The notes under the pieces: model-generated
Seen by the model: the letters and a program-made list of their open reading frames with translations, nothing else
Databases searched by the model: none
What the model was told of the DNA's origin: nothing
Assembly (NCBI GenBank): GCA_963749915.1
Contig: CAVVOP010000013.1
Coordinates: 1 to 23,645 of the forward strand
Direction of reading: 5' to 3'
Length of the DNA stretch: 23,645 bases
Source: an uncultured cyanobacterium
Lineage (GTDB): Bacteria; Cyanobacteriota; Cyanobacteriia; Cyanobacteriales; Cyanobacteriaceae
In this document: one piece after another, positions 18,769-23,645 of the stretch
Numbering within the stretch: the first letter of the stretch is position 1
Layout of the letters: every line of letters starts with the position of its first letter
Position numbers and translations under genes: made by a program

Positions 18769-19311
18769 TTAATTAGATGTAATATTAGTGTATGTCAATA
18801 CCCAATCTCCAAGATCATATGCCGATAAGACATATTCATATGAACATCGACTAGTTTCAAACCATGGATCGTGAACCTCTACATCACCATTAGAATAGTA
18901 ACCTCTAACGATTGCAACATGAGAATTACCACTATTCCAGAGAAAATATGGCTCAATCGGTTGTCCAACATCTAACTGATCTTGTAGTTCATCTTTACTC
19001 AGTGCTCGCTGCACTCTATCATATTTAATATTCCAATTTGAATACGATCTATCAGGCCATCTAGCCTGATTACAAGAACTTGGCAGCGGATTTTGATCAA
19101 GTGGACATTGATCCCCGAGCTCAAATGATACAATCTGCTCCTGAGTAACATTATTTATCCCATAATGAATAAAAACCATTTCACAGCAAGCAGCCCAACA
19201 CCAATTAGTCATATTTTGTTGTCGGTATGGAATTGCTAAAATAAGATCTATACTACCTGGTGGTGGAAGAGATGAAGGAATCTTCTTTCCTGACGAAACC
19301 TTTAGTGGCAT
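18769..19311 (-). CDS. Papain-fold cysteine protease (C39-like / AvrRpt2-like)
   Basis: IPYRQQNMTNWCWAAC (oxyanion Q, catalytic C), SHVAIVRGY (H) and VHDPW (D); no signal peptide. Confidence 0.88.
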   Translation of the reverse strand: MPLKVSSGKKIPSSLPPPGSIDLILAIPYRQQNMTNWCWAACCEMVFIHYGINNVTQEQIVSFELGDQCPLDQNPLPSSCNQARWPDRSYSNWNIKYDRVQRALSKDELQDQLDVGQPIEPYFLWNSGNSHVAIVRGYYSNGDVEVHDPWFETSRCSYEYVLSAYDLGDWVLTYTNITSN

Positions 19312-19419
19312 AGTTGGAATTTCTTAGAATATAAGATTATTGAAAATAATCTTATATTCTAGATCAAAATCGTTCATCTTTTATTAAAGATGGTTCCGCT
19401 CCAAAAAACGCCAGATAAG

Positions 19420-19457
19420 GGGGTTTGAGTAGCAACGAAACAGAAAACAACGCTAAG
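19420..19457 (+). mobile_element. Solo Tn3-family 38-bp terminal repeat
   Basis: GGGGTTTGAGTAGCAACGAAACAGAAAACAACGCTAAG followed by CCTGAAACTCAATCATAG, matching the right end of the MITE at 7443-7650. Confidence 0.85.
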
Positions 19458-19571
19458 CCTGAAACTCAATCATAGGCGTAGATCGAAGGTTAGCGCAACT
19501 AGGGGCAATCAATTCAAATGTACTCTTAAAACCCCAATTTTTAACGATGATTAATAAGAAATATCTATCTG

Positions 19572-19604
19572 AACATTGCCTAGTTTGTCCTTTTAGGCAA
19601 TGTT
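19572..19604. repeat. 11-bp inverted repeat
   Basis: AACATTGCCTA-N11-TAGGCAATGTT followed by Ts; terminator-like. Confidence 0.5.
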
Positions 19605-20024
19605 TTTATATTCAAGAATGTGATTATAATGTTTGAAGAGTGGTATTTTAAGGTATTCCAACTTCCGTTTTAGGCAAAGTCTTTTTACTGATTTGTATAA
19701 CTTATATTTAAGCGTTTATTAAACAAAGTTTCTTAAATCTCTGTATTGCTTATAGACCAAGACTTTGACGGGTATGTTGCCCCTCATTGCAGCAACCTTC
19801 TATTTCCGCCTACCTGAGCATTATCTGATCGGTTTATACTATTAAAGCTGGTAAATTAACAGTTTAATATCAGATTTTAAGTTAGTTATAACTCCAATTA
19901 TTACAGTAATTAAATTGAGGATTATTAGGTTTATTTTTATCAGAAACTAAGTTAATTATTTCACAGTCATAAATTAGTAATTTTTGTATAGTTTTAAGGG
20001 GCTATTAACCCCTAATAAAGTTAA

Positions 20025-20574
20025 TTATTTAATTGATAGATAAGTTGATTTTTCTCCTAGTTCTGCATACTTTAAGGCTTCTGCATCACCATTAATTACT
20101 GCTTCTTTAAGTGCCTTTTTATCTACTTCTATTGTTACCTTCTGGTATTGTTGAGGATAGCTTTTAGCATCTTCTCTGAGTAAATGTAAGGGAGCTAACC
20201 GATGCTTTTCTGATGGATATATTAAACTTATTTGTTCTGAACTTAGTTTTACCTATTTTCTCTAAATGTTGTTTAAGATATTCTTGTAACCATTCAATAG
20301 TTTTCTCATCCTTTTTAATTAATTTGTTCAGTCTTTCTGCCTCTGCTTTTCTCATTTCTAACCATCTTTTTCTCGACTGAATTAAGCATAAAATTGAATC
20401 AATTTTATCAATAAATTTATCATTTGTTTCTTCTGCTTCTGCTAATAATTCTAAGTATTCCAAATGTAAATCAGCCGGTATATCTACACCCTCCAGATTC
20501 TCTATTGTCTCCTCTAATTCCTGAAGGCGATTGCTTAATTGATAGAGTTTGTATCTACCTTTAGTTTCTGTCAT
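20025..20574 (-). pseudogene. Siphovirus Gp157-family protein, one frameshift near 20190
   Basis: KLYQL...KIDSI...KAEAERL...LQEYL...KFRTNKFNISIRK, continuing as ...YQKVTIEVDKKALKEA...AELGEKSTYLSIK*. Confidence 0.8.
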
Positions 20575-20627
20575 AGTTTTTTCCTTAATTTTAATGTTTA
20601 ATGAGGGCGGTTAAACCCTCTAATTTC

Positions 20628-20969
20628 TTATTTATTTACCTTTTTTCCTCCTTTATTTTCTACTTTAGGTTTTGGTGATTCTACTTGATTAGCATAGACA
20701 AATAGCTTACTTTTTTTCTCTCCTTCTTCTGTTTCCCATGAATTCTGCTCAATTTTTCCTGATACAATTACATAACTTCCTGAGTGCAAATAATTATTTA
20801 CAAACATTGCTTGATTTCCCCAACATTCTATAGGTATCCATGAGGTTTTTTCCTCTCCTTTTATTACTGTATTTACCGCTATACTAAAGCTCACTTTTGT
20901 CGAGTTCTCATAAACATTCATGGTAGGTTCTGCACCTATATAACCTGCTATTGTTACTGTATTTATCAT
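20628..20969 (-). CDS. ssb: Single-stranded DNA-binding protein
   Basis: MINTVTIAGYIGAEP...FSIAVN...TSWIPIECWGNQA...GSYVIVSGKI...WE; OB-fold SSB motifs; ATG at 20969. Confidence 0.92.
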   Translation of the reverse strand: MINTVTIAGYIGAEPTMNVYENSTKVSFSIAVNTVIKGEEKTSWIPIECWGNQAMFVNNYLHSGSYVIVSGKIEQNSWETEEGEKKSKLFVYANQVESPKPKVENKGGKKVNK

Positions 20970-21176
20970 TACTATTTTTTCCCTTTTTTTATTGAATTTA
21001 CTATGATTTAAGATTAGTATTAAGACTTTTTTCTCTCTCTTAATCTTTTCCTTTGTCACTCCTTTATTTTAGCAAATATTCTTTGCAATTGCAAGTAAAA
21101 TATTTAAAAATATAAAGATTATAATAAAGATAATATGATAGAATAGAATAGAAATAAGTAAATCAAAATTGAATTT

Positions 21177-21689
21177 ATGGATAATAAATCAGAGATTCAG
21201 GTAGTTGATAAAGGCTTAGTCAATGTTCCCCTAACTTTTAATTTATTAGAGGATGAAGACATAGAACAAGCTGATTATGTCTTCTCGGCAATGCGTACTT
21301 ATGTTAAGCGTTATTTAGTAGAAAAAATAGATTATGGTACTATTCCTTATTGTGGCAATAAAGAGGTTTTATTTAAAGCTGGTGCTGAAAAATTAGTAAG
21401 ATTATTTAAACTACGTCCTACCTTTGATTTAATTGATAAAATTGTAGATTATGAGACAGAATTATTCCATTATCATTATCGTTGTTCTCTTTATCGTTTT
21501 GGTGAATTGGTAGGTCAATGTGATGGGATTGCTAATAGTAGAGAAAAAAAATTTATTAAACAGATTAATAATAAAGATTATAGTGTTATTAATACTTTAT
21601 GTAAGATGGCACAAAAAAGATCCCTCGTTGGTGCTGTACTCATTGTTTGTGGTGCTTCTGAATACTTTACTCAAGATTTAGACGACTAA
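21177..21689 (+). CDS. Phage-type protein, possible single-strand annealing/recombination function
   Basis: DYGTIP...LFKAGAEKL...NTLCKMAQKRSLVGAV...SEYFTQDLDD resembles a phage family I recall in recombination modules; adjacent to ssb and gp157. Confidence 0.65.
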   Translation: MDNKSEIQVVDKGLVNVPLTFNLLEDEDIEQADYVFSAMRTYVKRYLVEKIDYGTIPYCGNKEVLFKAGAEKLVRLFKLRPTFDLIDKIVDYETELFHYHYRCSLYRFGELVGQCDGIANSREKKFIKQINNKDYSVINTLCKMAQKRSLVGAVLIVCGASEYFTQDLDD

Positions 21690-21891
21690 TTTATAATAAA
21701 AAAGGGGTTAATTCCCCTAATTACAAATTCAATAAAAAAAAGAAAATTACAATATATATGTATTTATTCTTGTTCCTTATTTCTATGATAACAGATTTAG
21801 TATTGGTAAAAACCTTATTACCCTATACTTTTTCTTGGTATATTCTTTAATAATTGTTATAATTTACCTATATTTTAAATAATAATTTTTT

Positions 21892-22263
21892 ATGGTTAAA
21901 CGTAAAACAAGTAAGGTTTTTCCTGATGACTATAAAGAAAAGGCGATCGCTAATAATATTTCTGTAAATACGGTTTATAGTAGATTAGAACGAGGTTGGG
22001 ATTTAGATAAAGCTGTAACAACTCCGCCAATTAGAAAAACCTATATTCATGAAGCTAAACGAGAAGATGGCTGGGTAATTCCTAGTGATCGTCCTCGTCT
22101 TAAGAAGTCAATGAGTGTATCTCTTTATCAAGATTTAGAACCATTATTCAATGAAGCTCTGGCAGATAGCGGTTTATCATGTAGTGAATTTATAGCAAAT
22201 GCAATTGAACAATATTTATTAAAGTTATGGACTCCAAAGAAAAATCTCAGCAAAATAAAATAA
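21892..22263 (+). CDS. Putative DNA-binding protein (HTH-like plus ribbon-helix-helix-like)
   Basis: NNISVNTVYSRLERGWDLDKAVTTP; C-terminal SMSVSL...GLSCSEFIANAIEQYL. Confidence 0.65.
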   Translation: MVKRKTSKVFPDDYKEKAIANNISVNTVYSRLERGWDLDKAVTTPPIRKTYIHEAKREDGWVIPSDRPRLKKSMSVSLYQDLEPLFNEALADSGLSCSEFIANAIEQYLLKLWTPKKNLSKIK

Positions 22264-22407
22264 TTACAGTGGATTTCTCGAATAGGGAAACAGGGAATGT
22301 AGAGATTTACACAGAACAACCTAAGATTATTAATCATCCAATAATTAGAGAAAGACGGAAAAGATTAGGATTAAAGCTAAAAATTAATAAACAATGGTTT
22401 TAGGTTT

Positions 22408-22428
22408 GGGCGAAAAGCCCTTTTTTTC
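22408..22428 (+). terminator. Intrinsic terminator
   Basis: GGGC-GAAAA-GCCC followed by T8. Confidence 0.55.
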
Positions 22429-22558
22429 TGACTCTTATCTAGGAAAGGTGTTAGGATTTATGGTTTTTTTTCACCGTCATGAAAAACCGCTTCGCTAAGG
22501 ACTTTTCCATAGAACTAGGCATACAAGGGAACAGGGAACGGGCAATTTTCCCTATTCC

Positions 22559-22973
22559 CTACTCCCTGTTAAGGATTAACTGGTGATGATGACAGGTAAC
22601 AGGAAAGTATCGGAAAAACTGCGGTAATTCCTGAGATCGCTTCTGTCTCAATCGAAATAATGGACAATTGCAGGAAGTTGGGGTAACAGTGTAATAAGGT
22701 TTGCTTGCTTTACCCTGTACTATATAAATGTTTTCTCCTACTTGTTTATAAGGTAATTGATAGGCTTTTCCTTGGGTGTAGAGCAAGAGAAATTCGGCAT
22801 AATCTTGATAACTGATAATACCTGATAAATTAGTCCATAAACCATTGAACCATAAATCTAGTTTTAAGGTCTTGGTAACGGTAATTATAATGACTGCGGT
22901 CAAGGTGATATAAGGCTTTATCGATTAAGTAATGGGTGAAATGTTGAGAGATTAATTGATGTGATGGATTCAT
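22559..22973 (-). pseudogene. SWIM-type zinc-finger protein, frameshifted
   Basis: ATG 22973 (MNPSHQLISQ...) shifts into LDLWFNG...YYTVTPTSCNCP...CHH. Confidence 0.6.
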
Positions 22974-23006
22974 GATAAATAACCCCATTGCTGGGGTTGT
23001 AAATTT

Positions 23007-23569
23007 TTACATTCCTCGATGAGCTTCGTAATTAGCTATCTCTCGATCTAATCTTTCGTATTCTTCGATGTAATCAAATTCACCATTAATTAAATGGTAA
23101 TAGTCTTGTTGTTCCTGATGTTCCTGATATTGGCGGTTAATTTTTTCTTCTTCGGTGAACTCTAGGTATTCCTCAAAGCTATTAAAACCTAGATAAGATA
23201 AAAGGGCGTAACCGTGTTTGCATAAGGCTTTTTCTCCTTCAAATACGATCCACTGGTTGCCATAATCAGGGCAGGTGCAATCAATAAAGCAATCATTCGG
23301 GGTTAAGGTGTATTCAGTTCCTTTGATGGTGTTTTTAGCAGTGTAGGTATTATCTTGATTATCGATAATTTCAATGTCACTGCTTCGGGTTTTGCGCGAT
23401 CGCTTCCCATCAATTTCTTAACTTCTTGGGTTGTAACCTTGATAATTTCTCCTGAGTGTAGATGAACGGTGCAATATTTGTTACTGCTAACCTTGATCAT
23501 CTTTATTTCCTTACGGTCAATCCATGTAATTTTCTCTATGTTTGAGAAATTAAATAATATGTGTGTCAT
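23007..23569 (-). pseudogene. SWIM zinc-finger protein, frameshift near 23390
   Basis: Second frame ...EYTLTPNDCFIDCTCPDY...ALCKHGYALL... ending HRGM* at 23007; CxC...CKH. Confidence 0.7.
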
Positions 23570-23645
23570 GATTGTAATTTACTCTTCTTTTTATTGAATT
23601 ATTGGGTTTCCCCTATGTATCTATTATACAATAAATTCTTTAAAA

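Overview
AT-rich cyanobacterial plasmid or prophage-like DNA (11 HIP1 GCGATCGC sites counted by eye). Many backbone genes carry single-base frameshifts, from decay or read errors. Left to right: a 198-bp MITE; an integron attC directly after a split endonuclease-methylase-specificity gene; small DNA-binding genes (wHTH, arm-less HU, HNH); a Tn3-type MITE; a ParB-like gene; a Rep-like gene with five internal 20-bp palindromic iterons and a candidate antisense RNA; an XRE regulator; a tyrosine recombinase with a dif-like site; a Gp157/SSB/annealing-protein module; and two SWIM genes. Two things stand out. (1) A ~370-nt unit (15473-15840, minus strand) has exactly one adenine on its sense strand, which falls in the TAG stop codon. 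It also has an adenine-free terminator and a decayed paralog at 5523-5635. (2) An intact four-gene island (16218-19311) encodes a TPR-bearing putative precursor, a HemN-like radical SAM enzyme, a papain-fold protease and its partner. Three of the four proteins share an LP[P/A]PG motif, suggesting a RiPP-like or protease-triggered system releasing AAALVSAVAW. Family names come from motif recognition and recall; no searches were run.
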